Shown here piece by piece: positions 11,201-20,522 of a DNA stretch of 64,000 nucleotides (positions are counted from its first letter, which is position 1; every line of letters begins with the position of its first letter). This stretch comes from an uncultured Verrucomicrobiota bacterium (GTDB lineage: Bacteria; Verrucomicrobiota; Verrucomicrobiia; Palsa-1439; CAYGDP01). The notes under the pieces were generated by a model. It did not search any database and was not told the origin of the DNA. It worked only from the letters and a program-made list of their open reading frames with translations. Location: the NCBI GenBank assembly GCA_964348665.1, contig CAYGDP010000002.1, forward strand, positions 110,033-174,032. The letters are read 5' to 3'. The translations under genes and the position numbers were made by a program.

Positions 11201-11481
11201 GTGATCCGCTTCCACACCTCGCTTTTGGCGCGATCGCGCGGAACGATCGGCAGGCCGCTCTCGTGTTCTGCCACGGCGTTCTCGCGCACATCCAACCGCA
11301 GCTTCGCCTTGCGCGCCTTGGAATCGGGACCATGGCATTTGAAGCACGTGTCGGAAAAAATCGGGCGAACATCGCGATTGAACCTGATTTTTTCACTCAA
11401 CGGCCTTTCCACCGCCGTGGCAGCCAACTTCCATCCCAACACTCCCACCAACAGGGAAAGTCCAAGGCAAAAACGCTGCAT
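8281..11481 (-). CDS. PSCyt1/DUF1549/DUF1553 (PSD1) family protein
   Basis: ATG at 11481 gives a signal peptide 'MQRFCLGLSLLVGVLG' (the ORF track's TTG at 11514 lies upstream). 'CFKCHGPDSKARKAKLRLD' is the planctomycete cytochrome-c-like motif. About 1066 aa. Confidence 0.8.
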   Translation of the reverse strand: MQRFCLGLSLLVGVLGWKLAATAVERPLSEKIRFNRDVRPIFSDTCFKCHGPDSKARKAKLRLDVRENAVAEHESGLPIVPRDRAKSEVWKRITTSDPDDHMPPAESNKSLTPQQIEIIGKWIDQGAEYEPHWAYTKLVRPPLPKVQGQKSKIKSPIDHFILASLDARGIKPSPEADKRMLLRRLSLDLIGLPPTPEEMDAFLRDRSDKSYERAVDRLLASPHFGEVMAAGWLDLVRYADTVGYHGDQGQNIFPYRDYVIDSFNANKPFDQFTLEQIAGDLLPNPTQEQRIATGFNRLNMMTREGGAQPAEYLAKYGADRVRTIATAWLGSTMGCCECHDHKFDPFSTRDFYAMKAFFADLREWGVYQDYNYTPNPDLRGWSNDHPFPPEISVESTSLQRRTRRIQEEARDIAVKATVSLAKMGTHTPSRADSRASRESPGLATDEASAADFDAWKTESLAFLHKYPAGWQPAASAKLSDAAKQAKAQAVLQGDGSILFSGGADETTEFQFPLAGGWLSAIRVELIPDETHKGGALRDSAKTTTITPVATITRPGKQPRRLSFFFGEADHKNERYFNGSAILGVTQSWMTSTADWKKPQTAVWLLKNPVRVADGETLTILLGSKTLGRVRVSATPFAAPILFDAGIGKPLMDALNSKRPTAAQLALIHQTYVLNTDYDPNVREELHRLQIELAECRGGRAMTMVTVAVKPKPTRVLPRGNWQDESGELVEPAPPGFLPQPPKPADSGRPTRLDLVKWLVSKENPLPARAFANRLWKQFFGAGLSGVVDDLGLQGDPPSHPELLDWLAVEFRDSGWNVKRVVKIIVLSATYRQSANLRPELRDLDPNNRLLASQNPRRLEAEAVRDNALAIAGLINLEIGGPSARPYQPPKYYEALQFPDREYQPDKDERQYRRGVYVWWQRTFLQPMLANFDAPGREECQAFRFVSNTPQQALTLLNDPTFVEASRVFAANALAAKVKSDSDRLDWIYQRALLRPVKPKERDSLLKFLAEQRSYYKATPDDADQLLGVGLAPLPKLVGENTDVAELSAWTQVCRVVLNLHETITKY

Positions 11482-11535
11482 GGTATTTTTGTTCGCATGG
11501 TTTAGACCACTCAAACCGCCAAATTGCTCGTTGGT

Positions 11536-12042
11536 TCAAGGGGGTGGCGGCATCACTTCAGTGTGGATTTTCGTCACTTCCGAAGTCCCGCACTTCGAGC
11601 AACGCAAAACGGAAACATTCGAAGTTTCGGTGGGCGCGGCGACCCAGGAACCATCGGGGCGCCTGACCTGACGATGTTGCATGAGGTTGATCCATTGTTC
11701 GTCGGGGATGCTGCTCTCTCGGAGCCGATTTTCGGCAATTATTTTTTCCTCAGGCGACCAACGGAAATAGCGAAAGGGAAAGAAAGTTTTGCAAACGAGG
11801 CATTGGGCGAAATCGGCCAGATAACCGGTGTCCTTGCCACACTTCGGACAAGTAAGAGCCGGGAGTTGACCGGGACTCGCCTTGAAGAATTGTCCGCAAC
11901 TTTCGCAGGCCATCGTATAATGCGCCAGCCGGTCTTGGACAGTCTTCACGCCGTTTGCCGATGGCCTCCCGAAAAACCATTGGCCAAGCCAAATCATCAG
12001 CGCCAGACCAATGAGGAGAGATAAAAAAATGGGCTTCTTCAT
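11536..12042 (-). CDS. membrane-anchored zinc-ribbon protein, hypothetical
   Basis: N-terminal TM helix and several CxxC pairs ('CESCGQ...CPKCG...CLVCK...CSKCG'). Confidence 0.5.
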   Translation of the reverse strand: MKKPIFLSLLIGLALMIWLGQWFFGRPSANGVKTVQDRLAHYTMACESCGQFFKASPGQLPALTCPKCGKDTGYLADFAQCLVCKTFFPFRYFRWSPEEKIIAENRLRESSIPDEQWINLMQHRQVRRPDGSWVAAPTETSNVSVLRCSKCGTSEVTKIHTEVMPPPP

Positions 12043-12075
12043 TTCAGGCTGTTCACGATGGAGACGTCTGGCGGG

Positions 12076-12939
12076 TCAATACCAGTCATGGGCGGGCTCT
12101 GGGGCGGTCGATCCGTCCGGCCAGGCGGCAGCCGCAAGGCACCCCCCCGTGGCGGTCCCGGTGCCTTTGTCTCGCACAACATAGCGCACGCTCCCATTGG
12201 CAAAGAGTACATTGCCCTGGGGATAGTCAGGCTTACCCGAGGTGGACGAGGAGCTTTTAAAATGATGTCGCCAGTGGAGATTTACATCGCAATCGCGATT
12301 GATACAAAAGGTCGGCTCGAAGAGAGCAATCTTGCGAGCCGGCGACACCAACGAGGCCATTCGCTTGCCAAAAAGCGGTTCGAGATCGGTCGAAAAACAC
12401 CCCGTTTGTCGCACATACAAATAACTCGATCCCGCCGAGTCCCAACAGGAAGCACCCGGACAACAATAGATCGTTGCTCCTTCGCCGATGTCCGCTGGAC
12501 AGCGGAACGTTTTCAGTTCTTTGATCCCCGAGCCTTGATTTAAAAAAAAGCGGTTCATCGGCCGGTCGTTGGCGGCCCGACTCGCGCCGCCGCAAGTGCT
12601 GGCGGCACCTTTCTTGCCGCCCAGCCCCCAATCGAGAGAGGAGTTGCTCGTGGAAATATCTGCGTCCCTGGGAAAGCCATTGTATTCCTGTTCGTAGAGG
12701 AGCAGTGCGGTGCCGATGTCATGGAGATTGCTCAAACAATTCACGGCCCACGCTTTCCGGCGCACTCCGCGCAGGGCGGGCAAGAGCAAACCGGCGAGGA
12801 TCATGATGATCGTGACAACGATGAGCAACTCGATCAGACTAAAGGCGCGGCGCGCATCGCGCCCAAGCAGAATTCGACTCAAGGCGTTTTCCTTTCTCGG
12901 ATTGTTCTGCCAATTCAAGGCTGGAACTGTGTCTAACAT
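12076..12939 (-). CDS. DUF1559 / prepilin-type N-terminal cleavage-methylation domain protein
   Basis: 'RRAFSLIELLIVVTIIMILAGLLLPAL' is a type-IV-pilin-like N-terminus. The family is expanded in Planctomycetota. The true start may lie downstream of the listed first codon. Confidence 0.75.
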   Translation of the reverse strand: MLDTVPALNWQNNPRKENALSRILLGRDARRAFSLIELLIVVTIIMILAGLLLPALRGVRRKAWAVNCLSNLHDIGTALLLYEQEYNGFPRDADISTSNSSLDWGLGGKKGAASTCGGASRAANDRPMNRFFLNQGSGIKELKTFRCPADIGEGATIYCCPGASCWDSAGSSYLYVRQTGCFSTDLEPLFGKRMASLVSPARKIALFEPTFCINRDCDVNLHWRHHFKSSSSTSGKPDYPQGNVLFANGSVRYVVRDKGTGTATGGCLAAAAWPDGSTAPEPAHDWY

Positions 12940-13027
12940 TGTGCCAACATATAACTACGGGCTTGTAATTAAACAAACGGATTGTTACTGAATCCCTTCA
13001 GTGAAAATAAGAGGAACAGCTCCAACA

Positions 13028-14125
13028 ATGCAAGTCGTGGCCGATCAAGCGGGGATCTCGCTTGCCACTGTCTCGTATGCACTTCGCAACCACCCCAGCA
13101 TTCCGCCTGCCACGTGCAAACGCATCCAAGCCGTCGCCCGTAAACTTGGTTACCGCCCCAACCCATTGATCTCGACACTCATGAGTCACCTGCGAACAAC
13201 TCGTGCAACGGAATACTTCGAAACCCTCGCGTATATCACCTCGCATTCAGCAAACGACGTTTGGCATCACAAACCAATCTACCGGGATTTTTATGCGGGC
13301 GCGCAAGCGCGCGCCGACGAACAAGGTTTCAAACTGGAAGAGTTCTGGCTTCAGGCGCCGGGCATGACCCCCGACCGGATGAATCAAGTCCTTCGCGCTC
13401 GTGGCATCCGCGGCATTTTGATCGCTCCCCTGCCACAGCCCCGCAGCCAATTATCGTTAGACTGGTCACGCTTTTCCGCCGCCACGATCGGTTGGTCTCT
13501 CGCCTATCCGGCATTGCATCGCGCAGTCTGTCACCACTATCATGCTATTCGACAAGCACTGAAACAATTGAGTCATTTGGGGTATCGCCGCATTGGCTTG
13601 GCGGTAAAGTCGGCTTTTGATGAGCGCGTGGATAATAACTGGCAGGCAGGTTTCGCAGTATACCAGCAATCCGTAAGGAAGGCAAATCGCATCCCTATAC
13701 TATTCATGGGTGACTCAAACCAACACTTGTTTGCTCAATGGTTTATGCAGCACCACCCCGACGCCGTCATTGCCGAAACACAGGTCTTGGATTGGCTAAG
13801 AGCAATTGGTCAACGCGTTCCGAAAGATGTGGGCTTTGCAGGCTTGGAGGTCTCTGCGATGCCGCGCGGCACTGCCGCCATTGACCAGCATATTCGTGTC
13901 ATGGCCGCCGCAGCGGTGGATTTGATCGTCGGCCAACTTCATTGCAACGAGTGCGGAATCCCACCCATTCCCAAAATCGTCATGATCGAAACCACATGGG
14001 TAGGCGGTAAAACTGTCCGTAACCTCAACCAACATCCCGCACCGACCAAGAACATCTCTTCACTGCCGGACGATAAACATGCAAGGCGCCCAGTTGCCTC
14101 TGCGACGCAGGAACATTTACGGTGA
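13028..14125 (+). CDS. LacI-family transcriptional regulator
   Basis: N-terminal HTH 'MQVVADQAGISLATVSYALRN', then a periplasmic-binding-like sugar-binding domain. Confidence 0.8.
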   Translation: MQVVADQAGISLATVSYALRNHPSIPPATCKRIQAVARKLGYRPNPLISTLMSHLRTTRATEYFETLAYITSHSANDVWHHKPIYRDFYAGAQARADEQGFKLEEFWLQAPGMTPDRMNQVLRARGIRGILIAPLPQPRSQLSLDWSRFSAATIGWSLAYPALHRAVCHHYHAIRQALKQLSHLGYRRIGLAVKSAFDERVDNNWQAGFAVYQQSVRKANRIPILFMGDSNQHLFAQWFMQHHPDAVIAETQVLDWLRAIGQRVPKDVGFAGLEVSAMPRGTAAIDQHIRVMAAAAVDLIVGQLHCNECGIPPIPKIVMIETTWVGGKTVRNLNQHPAPTKNISSLPDDKHARRPVASATQEHLR

Positions 14126-14371
14126 GTATTGCAATTCAGATGGAGCGCCGGAATTTTACCATTCCCACTCTGTTCAGGAATGATACCCCCTCGGTGGTAT
14201 CGAAAGCATGGAAGGGTTGAAAACTTGGTCGCTGGCTACAGTGCTGCAGGAGTCGTATACCGCCGAGCTGAGCACAGATTAATCGGGCGAACGCGCCGGC
14301 TAAAACGAACGACTTGTTCATCGCGAACCTTAGACTAGCGAATGCGGTGTGGCGTTGCAACGGCCAAAGCG

Positions 14372-17300
14372 TCAAAACGGGTTCGCGGGTTGCGGCGCGC
14401 GCGCGGGGTGTCCCTCGGGCCGGCGCCGGACTTGCGAGGGCGTGGAATGATCGATTTTGAGATAGACGGATTTTTCGCCCAGAAGAGCCTCGAGTTCGTG
14501 GATCAATGCTTCCGTCGGGCTTACGCGAAACTCCTGATCGGTGTTGAGAAAGACAATTTCTCCGCTGGGATACCGGATGCAGAGTAGAAGCGGACACCGA
14601 CCGGAATGGCGACCGATGATTTCGCGGACGCGAGTGAGGTGATCGGGCTTGGCGGTGGCAGCGCTCAACCGCACATGAACTTCTTTGGTGAACCGGTTGG
14701 CCACGTCCGCGAGAGGGAAAATATCCGCTGCGACAAGCTTGGGCTTGTCCTCGCGCAAATCGACTTTGCCGCTCACAAAGATAGCGCGATCCACAGCGAG
14801 ATATTCACTGCAACGAAGGTAGGTTTCCGGAAAGACGAGCACTTCGACAGCCCCGTCCAGGTCTTCGACGGAGAGAATCGCCATCGCGTCGCCTTTCTTG
14901 GTCGTGCGCGGCTGGAACTTGGTGATGATTCCCCCAAGACGGGTGGTGGCGCCGTCGCGCAGTTCCGTGAGATGACCGGTGGATTTCAACTCGTAGCGTT
15001 GCAGCGTGCTTGCATATTGCGTGAGCGGATGGCCAGTCACATAGAACCCGAGCAGCTCCTTCTCAAAGGCGAGCAGTTGATTTTGCGGCCATTCATCGGT
15101 TTTATATTCGGAAGGCTCTTCCTTGGCAATGTCCGCATCGAGCGTCCCAAAGAGCGAGGTCTGACCTTTGGCGCGGTCTTTTTGCAAACTGGCCGTGCGC
15201 GCCATGACCCGGTCGATATTGTCGAACATTTGCTTGCGCGGTTTGCGGGTAAAATCAAACGCCCCGCATTTGATCAGGCTTTCCAGTGTCTTCCGGTTCA
15301 CAACCCGGCTATCCACACGCTCGCAAAACTCTTCCAGCGATTGGAATCTGCCGCCGTCGTTCCGTGTTTTGAGGATGCTCTCGACAGCAACTTCGCCGAC
15401 GTTTTTAATGGCAGCGAGACCGAACCGGATTTGGTTTTGCCCAACGACGGTGAACCGCATCCCGCTTTCGTTGATATCCGGGGGGAGAACCTCGATGTCC
15501 ATCTCCCGCGTTTCCGCCAAAAATATCTGCAGTTTGTCGGTATTAGCCAGCTCGTTGCTCATCAGGGAGGACATGAACTCAACCGGATAATTGGCCTTGA
15601 GCCACGCGGTTTGGTAGGCGATCATCGCGTAGGCGGCAGCGTGGGATTTGTTGAAACCGTATCCCGCGAAACTTTCGAGTTTTTCAAAGATTTTTTCCGC
15701 CTTGGCTTTGGGGATTTTGTTTTTGTCGTGGCAACCTTTCAGGAAGGACTCCCGTTGCTTCGCCATTTCTTCGGGCTTTTTCTTGCCCATCGCGCGTCGA
15801 AGAACGTCGGCCTGCCCGAGGCTGAATCCCGCGAGGGCGCTGGCGGCTTGCATCACTTGCTCTTGATAAACGAGGATCCCGTAGGTTTCGCGCGCGATCG
15901 GCTCGAGAAGCGGATGGTCGTATTCGATTTTCTCCTTGCCGGTCTTGCGCGCGATAAAATGAGGGATCCATTCCATCGGCCCAGGGCGAAACAGCGCAAT
16001 CAGAGCAATGATATGCTCAAATCGCTCGATGCCGAAATTCCGGCAGAGATCCCGCATCCCGCTGGATTCCAATTGGAAGATGCCGATCGTGTTGGCTTTG
16101 CCAAGCAGCTCGAAGGTTTTCGAGTCGTCGAGCGGAAAATCGTGGACGGTCAGTTTTTTGTGTTTCGTTTGTTCCACGATGCGCAGGGCTTCGTCAATGA
16201 CAGTCAGGGTTTTCAATCCCAGAAAGTCCATCTTGAGCAGGCCCAGTTCACCAAGCGGATTCATCGAGTATTGGGTGACAATTTCCTGATTGCTGCCGCG
16301 CGTGAGTGGGACCATTTCGGTGAGGGGGCGGTCGCTGATGACGACACCCGCGGCGTGCGTGCTCGCGTTGCGAGCCAAGCCCTCGAGGACTTTGCCGGAA
16401 TCGAGGACCTGCTTGGTTTGCGGTTCGTTACGGTAGGCGGCTTTGAGTTCGGCGCTCATTTCGAGGGCGCGGTCGAGCGTCATATTGAGGTCGGGCGGGA
16501 TCATTTTCGCGATGCGATCGGCCTCCCCGTAGCTCAACCCCAACACACGCCCGACGTCGCGAACGACCATTTTGGCGCCGAGCGTGCCGAAGGTGATGAT
16601 TTGGGCGACGCATTCTTCGCCGTATTTTTTTCGCACGTAATCGATCACTTCTCCGCGTCGATAGTAATCAAAATCAATATCGAAGTCGGGCGGGCTGACA
16701 CGTTCCGGGTTTAGGAACCGCTCGAACAGCAATCCGTACCGCATGGGATCGATATCGGTGATCCCGATAAGATACGCGACAATGCTCCCGGCACCGCTGC
16801 CGCGACCCGGCCCGACCGAAATGCCGCGAGTTCGGGCGTAATGGATGAAGTCCCAAACGATAAGGAAATAACTGACGAACCCTGTCTTTTCGATGATTCG
16901 CAGTTCAAATTCCATTCGCTCGATAATCGCCCGATGCTCGGGAGTGGAGGTCGGCTTGTCCAGCTCGATGCCAAACCGTACGCGCAAGCCGTCCGCGCAA
17001 AGTTTTCGAAGATAATTTTCGCGAGAGAGACCATCGGGGGGGCGATAATCCGGGTAACGGATTTTTCCGAACGTGAGCGAAAGGTTGCACTTTTCAGCGA
17101 TCTCCATCGTGTTGCGCAGCGCAACGGGATGATCGGCGAAAAGTTTGGCCATCTCCTCCGGCGATTTGAAGAAGAATTGCTCGCTCGGATACCGCATTCG
17201 GTTCGGGTCGGAGATGTTCGACTGGGTTTGCAGGCAGATGATAATGTCGTGCGGCTTGGCGTGTTCCGGCCGGAGATAGTGAACGTCGTTGGTAGCCACC

Positions 17301-17911
17301 AGCGGCAAGCCGAACTCCTTTGCAAACGCAAGGAGCTGGACGTTGACGGTCTTTTGCAGCTCGACCCCATGGTTTTGCAGTTCGAGGTAGAAATCGCCGG
17401 GCGCAAAGATCGCCTTGTAATCGGCGACGGCCTTGCGCGCCTCGGCGAGCTGGCCGTGTTGCAGGCGGAAATTGATTTCACCCTTAAGACACGCCGAAAG
17501 GCCGATGAGACCCTGACTGTGTTGCGCGAGGATTTCCTTGTCAATCCGCGGTTTATAATAAAAACCGTCCAAATGGGCGGCGCTGATGATTTTGACGAGG
17601 TTTTGATAGCCGACTTCGTCTTTTGCCAGCAGAACGAGATGAAACGACGCTTCTTTCAGCGTGGCGGCCTTTTTTTCGCGGCGATCTCCCGGTGCAATGT
17701 AGGCTTCGCAGCCAATAATCGGTTTCACGCCGCGTTCGCGCGCGGTTTTGTAAAAATCAATCGCTCCATAGAGATTGCCATGGTCGGTGATCGCAAGGGC
17801 AGGGAAATGCAAATCCCGAGCCTTGTTCAGCAAAGGCTCAATCCCACAAATGGAATCAAGCAGGCTGAAATCTGTGTGCTGATGCAAATGAACAAACTCC
17901 GCGCGAGGCAT
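14372..17911 (-). CDS. dnaE: DNA polymerase III alpha subunit
   Basis: ATG at 17911 gives 'MPRAEFVHLHQHTDFSLLDSICG' (PHP domain) and 'ITDHGNLYGAIDFYK'. About 1180 aa with colinear DnaE motifs throughout. Confidence 0.95.
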   Translation of the reverse strand: MPRAEFVHLHQHTDFSLLDSICGIEPLLNKARDLHFPALAITDHGNLYGAIDFYKTARERGVKPIIGCEAYIAPGDRREKKAATLKEASFHLVLLAKDEVGYQNLVKIISAAHLDGFYYKPRIDKEILAQHSQGLIGLSACLKGEINFRLQHGQLAEARKAVADYKAIFAPGDFYLELQNHGVELQKTVNVQLLAFAKEFGLPLVATNDVHYLRPEHAKPHDIIICLQTQSNISDPNRMRYPSEQFFFKSPEEMAKLFADHPVALRNTMEIAEKCNLSLTFGKIRYPDYRPPDGLSRENYLRKLCADGLRVRFGIELDKPTSTPEHRAIIERMEFELRIIEKTGFVSYFLIVWDFIHYARTRGISVGPGRGSGAGSIVAYLIGITDIDPMRYGLLFERFLNPERVSPPDFDIDFDYYRRGEVIDYVRKKYGEECVAQIITFGTLGAKMVVRDVGRVLGLSYGEADRIAKMIPPDLNMTLDRALEMSAELKAAYRNEPQTKQVLDSGKVLEGLARNASTHAAGVVISDRPLTEMVPLTRGSNQEIVTQYSMNPLGELGLLKMDFLGLKTLTVIDEALRIVEQTKHKKLTVHDFPLDDSKTFELLGKANTIGIFQLESSGMRDLCRNFGIERFEHIIALIALFRPGPMEWIPHFIARKTGKEKIEYDHPLLEPIARETYGILVYQEQVMQAASALAGFSLGQADVLRRAMGKKKPEEMAKQRESFLKGCHDKNKIPKAKAEKIFEKLESFAGYGFNKSHAAAYAMIAYQTAWLKANYPVEFMSSLMSNELANTDKLQIFLAETREMDIEVLPPDINESGMRFTVVGQNQIRFGLAAIKNVGEVAVESILKTRNDGGRFQSLEEFCERVDSRVVNRKTLESLIKCGAFDFTRKPRKQMFDNIDRVMARTASLQKDRAKGQTSLFGTLDADIAKEEPSEYKTDEWPQNQLLAFEKELLGFYVTGHPLTQYASTLQRYELKSTGHLTELRDGATTRLGGIITKFQPRTTKKGDAMAILSVEDLDGAVEVLVFPETYLRCSEYLAVDRAIFVSGKVDLREDKPKLVAADIFPLADVANRFTKEVHVRLSAATAKPDHLTRVREIIGRHSGRCPLLLCIRYPSGEIVFLNTDQEFRVSPTEALIHELEALLGEKSVYLKIDHSTPSQVRRRPEGHPARAPQPANPF

Positions 17912-17994
17912 GAGGCGAATATACGAAGCGCGGCATTCGCAAGCAAGACCGCAATGAACTTGCGCAAGGATTCCTGACATGCTAGATTTGCCGC

Positions 17995-18561
17995 ATGAAC
18001 AAGGGGTTGGCCGTCTTTTTTATCGTCCTCGTGTTGGGACTCTGGTTCGCCGTCTCGGTGGGTGGCGCTTTCGCCCGCAAAAATGACCTCGCCGAGCGAG
18101 TTGCCAAAAAACTCGTGGACATCACAAAAGACAATCACGACGAGATCAAGAATTGGGTTGTCGCGGAAGCGCAATCGCTGAATATCCCCCTCACCGCCGC
18201 CGACGTGCGGGTTGGGTTTGAGCCGACAGCCCAAACCACCGTCGCGCAGAATTTTGTCAGCAAACTCGCCGACTTCGAAAACTACCGCGCCGAAATCATC
18301 GTCTATGCTCCCGCGCGTGCTTGGGGAATCACCGTCTCGAGCGAACCCATCAATCGTTGGCAAACCGTTCAAGTCCGCGCAACATCCAAACGCAATGCGG
18401 AGCTTGAAAAAGCGCTCCGAGACACGGATGAAGCCGTTTCGGGAGCGCAGCAACCCGCCGACCAACAACCCGCGCCACCGCCGGCGCGAGGAGATCCGCT
18501 GGGACGGGCGCGGGAGCTGCAAAATCTGCAGAATAAACAAGTCCAGCAACTCGACCAGTAA
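17995..18561 (+). CDS. hypothetical membrane-anchored protein
   Basis: N-terminal TM helix 'LAVFFIVLVLGLWFAVSVGGAF'. Divergent from dnaE. Pro/Gln-rich C-terminus. Confidence 0.5.
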   Translation: MNKGLAVFFIVLVLGLWFAVSVGGAFARKNDLAERVAKKLVDITKDNHDEIKNWVVAEAQSLNIPLTAADVRVGFEPTAQTTVAQNFVSKLADFENYRAEIIVYAPARAWGITVSSEPINRWQTVQVRATSKRNAELEKALRDTDEAVSGAQQPADQQPAPPPARGDPLGRARELQNLQNKQVQQLDQ

Positions 18562-18587
18562 CCATCCTCTTTTGTCAGGAGGTCCCG

Positions 18588-19532
18588 ATGCCGTTCGATT
18601 ACGCACTCGCCCGATTCATCCCCTATCGCGACACAAGCCAATGCGCCCGCGTCCGCGCAATTACGAAAGCCGACATCACCCGGCCCCAGCGCTGGGCGCA
18701 CCGGGATTTCCGCATCCGCGTCATTGAGGACATGGGCGAATTCTACGCCGCCTTCGCCACCGATATTGTCACTCGGATCCAGCAGGCGCGTGATCGGCGC
18801 AAAAAATTTATCGGCATCTTCCCCGTCGGTCCTATGCCGCAGTACGCCATCGCCGCCGAGATGATCAACAAACTCCGCCTCCCCCTGCATCATGTTCACT
18901 CGTTCAATATGGACGAATATGCCGACCAGGACGGCAACACGGCGCCACTCAATTGGCCCGGCAGCTTCCAGCGCGCGATGTGGGAAAGTTTTTTCAGCAA
19001 GATCGACCCCAAACAGCGTCCACCGACCAGGCAGATTCATTTTCCCACCAAAAAAGTCATTCGCGAGTACGGGCGAAGAATCGCCGACCTCGGCGGCGCG
19101 GATGTTTGTTACGGCGGGATAGGCTGGTGCGGGCACATCGCATTTTGGGAGGCGCATCTCGGCTACGAATTCGGAAGCGATCCCTACGACCCCCGCGCTC
19201 TTGCCGCCTACAAAAAAGCAAGCGCCCGATTGGTCGAACTCAATCCCATGACCATCATGCAAAACGCGCTCCATAGCTTCGGCGGCGATTGGTCGTGGAC
19301 ACCACCCAAGGCGAATTCGATCGGCCCCGCCGAAATCCTCGGTGCCAAACATCGAAGTTTCTGGCTCGACGGAGCTTTCCCCGGTGGCGTAAGCTGGCAG
19401 CGATTCATCGCCCGCCTAGTCGCGCACGGGCGGGTGAATACGCTTGTCCCCGGCTCGATTCTGCAGACCGCTCCAACCGATTACAATATCTTCGGGCCGG
19501 TTGCCGACAATGTCGAAATCCACATGGCGTAA
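18588..19532 (+). CDS. glucosamine-6-phosphate deaminase/6-phosphogluconolactonase-family (NagB-like) protein
   Basis: 'GIGWCGHIAFWE' resembles the NagB/Pgl 'GIG.DGH.A' motif. Adjacent to a GlcNAc-deacetylase-family gene. Confidence 0.55.
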   Translation: MPFDYALARFIPYRDTSQCARVRAITKADITRPQRWAHRDFRIRVIEDMGEFYAAFATDIVTRIQQARDRRKKFIGIFPVGPMPQYAIAAEMINKLRLPLHHVHSFNMDEYADQDGNTAPLNWPGSFQRAMWESFFSKIDPKQRPPTRQIHFPTKKVIREYGRRIADLGGADVCYGGIGWCGHIAFWEAHLGYEFGSDPYDPRALAAYKKASARLVELNPMTIMQNALHSFGGDWSWTPPKANSIGPAEILGAKHRSFWLDGAFPGGVSWQRFIARLVAHGRVNTLVPGSILQTAPTDYNIFGPVADNVEIHMA

Positions 19533-19563
19533 TTCGTTCCCAACGCCCGATGATCCAACACGG

Positions 19564-20322
19564 ATGAAATTGAAGCGAACAGCCCTCGCCGTCCTGGCGC
19601 ATCCTGACGATGCGGAGTTTCTCTGCGCCGGGACACTGGAACGATTGCGAACGCGCGGCTGGACAATTCACATCGCGACGATGACGGCCGGCGATTGCGG
19701 CAGCAAAACGCACCCGCCGAAAACGATCGCCCGCATCCGAATGCGCGAAGCCGAACGCGCCGCAAAGGTTCTTCGCGCGAAACTTACGTGCTTGGGTTGC
19801 CTCGACCTGCAGATTTTTTATGACGCTCCCACGCTCCATGCCGTCACGGAACAAGTGCGGCGCGTGAATCCGGCGGTTGTTTTCACCCATTCCCCCGACG
19901 ATTACATGGTGGATCATGAAACCACATCGCGACTGGTTCGCACCGCGGTGTTCGGCGCGCCCATGCCGAATTTTCACACCGGCGCCGACCGACCCGCCCG
20001 CCCGACGGCGTGCGTGCCGCATCTGTACTATGCTGACGCCATCGAAGGGAAAAACATCTTTGGCGAACCAATCCAGCCCTATTTCTATGTGGACATTACG
20101 CGTGTGATGAAGACCAAGGAACGAATGCTTCGGTGCCACGCCAGCCAACGTGCCTGGTTGCGTGCGCAACACGGACTCGATGAATATATCGCGGCCATGC
20201 GCCGCTGGTCAGCCACGCGCGGACGCGAGGCCAACGTGGCTTTTGCCGAGGCATTCCGCCAACATCGCGGTCATGCCTTCCCACAGGACAATCTGGCGGG
20301 CAAAATCCTGGGCGGGGAATGA
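19564..20322 (+). CDS. PIG-L/LmbE-family N-acetylglucosaminyl deacetylase
   Basis: ATG at 19564. 'LAVLAHPDDAEFLCAGTLERL...HIATMTAGDCG' is the LmbE signature. Confidence 0.8.
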   Translation: MKLKRTALAVLAHPDDAEFLCAGTLERLRTRGWTIHIATMTAGDCGSKTHPPKTIARIRMREAERAAKVLRAKLTCLGCLDLQIFYDAPTLHAVTEQVRRVNPAVVFTHSPDDYMVDHETTSRLVRTAVFGAPMPNFHTGADRPARPTACVPHLYYADAIEGKNIFGEPIQPYFYVDITRVMKTKERMLRCHASQRAWLRAQHGLDEYIAAMRRWSATRGREANVAFAEAFRQHRGHAFPQDNLAGKILGGE

Positions 20323-20370
20323 TTTTCATTTACTTTCCGGGGTTTACGCGTAGATTGTCCGCGCTTCGGT

Positions 20371-20444
20371 CGGGGCGTAGCGTAGCTTGGTAGCGCGCTT
20401 GGTTCGGGACCAAGAGGTCGCGGGTTCAAATCCCGCCGCCCCGA
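20371..20444 (+). tRNA. tRNA-Pro (anticodon CGG)
   Basis: Hand-folded cloverleaf: acceptor stem CGGGGCG/CGCCCCG plus discriminator A; D arm GCGT-AGCTTGGTA-GCGC; anticodon stem CTTGG/CCAAG with loop TTCGGGA (U33, anticodon CGG, G37); T arm GCGGG-TTCAAAT-CCCGC. No encoded CCA. Confidence 0.85.
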
Positions 20445-20454
20445 TTTTTTTCAT

Positions 20455-20480
20455 AGGGAGAAGTGGGTCCCCCACTTTTT
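20455..20480 (+). terminator. hairpin plus T-run downstream of tRNA-Pro
   Basis: AAGTGGG-tcc-CCCACTT stem-loop (20461-20477) followed by TTTTT. Confidence 0.4.
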
Positions 20481-20517
20481 CCGTGACAAATCCGTGACAA
20501 ATTTGGTAGTGTCACGG
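20481..20517. promoter_or_regulatory. tandem direct repeats CCGTGACAAAT x2 plus an inverted half-site, candidate integrase arm-type sites
   Basis: 'ccgtgacaaat' at 20481-20491 and again at 20492-20502. An inverted 'gtcacgg' at 20511-20517. Lies between the tRNA 3' end and the integrase start. Confidence 0.35.
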
Positions 20518-20522
20518 GTGTT

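Noticed and set aside
14606-16714. 702-aa plus-strand ORF antisense to dnaE, and many other long antisense ORFs in dnaE, PSD1 and the giant gene
   Set aside because: High-GC antisense frames of clearly coding genes. Repetitive low-complexity translations. No independent support.
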